A program made the position numbers and the translations under genes. A DNA stretch of 64,000 nt from Fimicolochytrium jonesii (Eukaryota), in the NCBI RefSeq assembly GCF_025526975.1, contig NW_026515700.1:1-64000 (forward strand), written 5' to 3'. Below the pieces are notes generated by a model. It searched no databases. It saw nothing but the letters and a program-made list of their open reading frames with translations, and was not told the DNA's origin. Shown in pieces: positions 63,611 to 64,000 of the stretch (its first letter is position 1; each line of letters begins with the position of its first letter).

Positions 63611-64000
63611 ATGGTGGAAACACGCGCTTCCAAGGCAAAGAAGGCTGAGGAGCAGCAGAAGGGTGCTGCTCCCGAGAAGTCGGGCGACGTGGTGCCGATG
63701 GAGACGGAGAAAAGCGAAGAAGAGAAGAAGGCTGAGAGTAATGCCCTGGTTCTAGCAGGTGAGGAAGTCGACCCCGAGCGAGTTGACGACATAGCCGAAG
63801 TGGCATACACTGCTGGGGTGATGCGGCTTTCGACTGGAACTAGCGAAGCTGAATGGGCTCGACTGCAGACATCAAGCAGAATCTGGCTTTGCTCGATCGT
63901 GCCGTAGCCACCCTTGAAAGTCGGTTCACAACCCGCGCATTGCGAGCCACCGCGTCAATCAGGAAGCGATTGAATCAGGACCTACTGGCTCAAGCTATTG
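63611..64000 (+). CDS. RPN3: 26S proteasome lid subunit RPN3/PSMD3, 5' part
   Basis: After the intron: DIKQNLALLDRAVATLESRFTTRALRATASIRKRLN. Confidence 0.85.

Overview
Intron-rich eukaryotic DNA, most likely a chytrid-grade fungus (inferred from short GT-AG introns with CTRAY branch points and the gene content). Most of it is a dense array of about 21 housekeeping genes: eIF2A, RPA12, asparaginase, Nup57/54, CreC-like WD40, SRP72, DDHD lipase, Asterix, COQ9, ALG11, PPG1-like phosphatase, CK2-beta, a PPR protein, SWIB/UAF30, a PH-CLU-TPR protein, APRT-like, ZGPAT, uS17m, RPN3 and others. There are two accessory islands. (1) 1-~10 kb: a decayed P-element-like DDE transposase converges on a gene that reconstructs as a PHD finger fused to a TET/JBP-like 2OG-Fe(II) dioxygenase. 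That gene is split by a young, full-length Ty3/gypsy chromovirus with a TACAT TSD, a self-priming PBS and a -1 frameshift pseudoknot. (2) 27444-31085: a complete non-autonomous TIR element with a TA TSD. It carries a six-intron Fanzor1 RNA-guided nuclease gene with an intact RuvC triad, a CATA motif at the 5' junction and a foldable omegaRNA scaffold at the 3' end. Also noted: a candidate structured RNA in a putative 5'UTR intron and a small intron-resident repeat family. Exon boundaries were inferred by eye, and all family assignments rest on motif recognition, not database searches.
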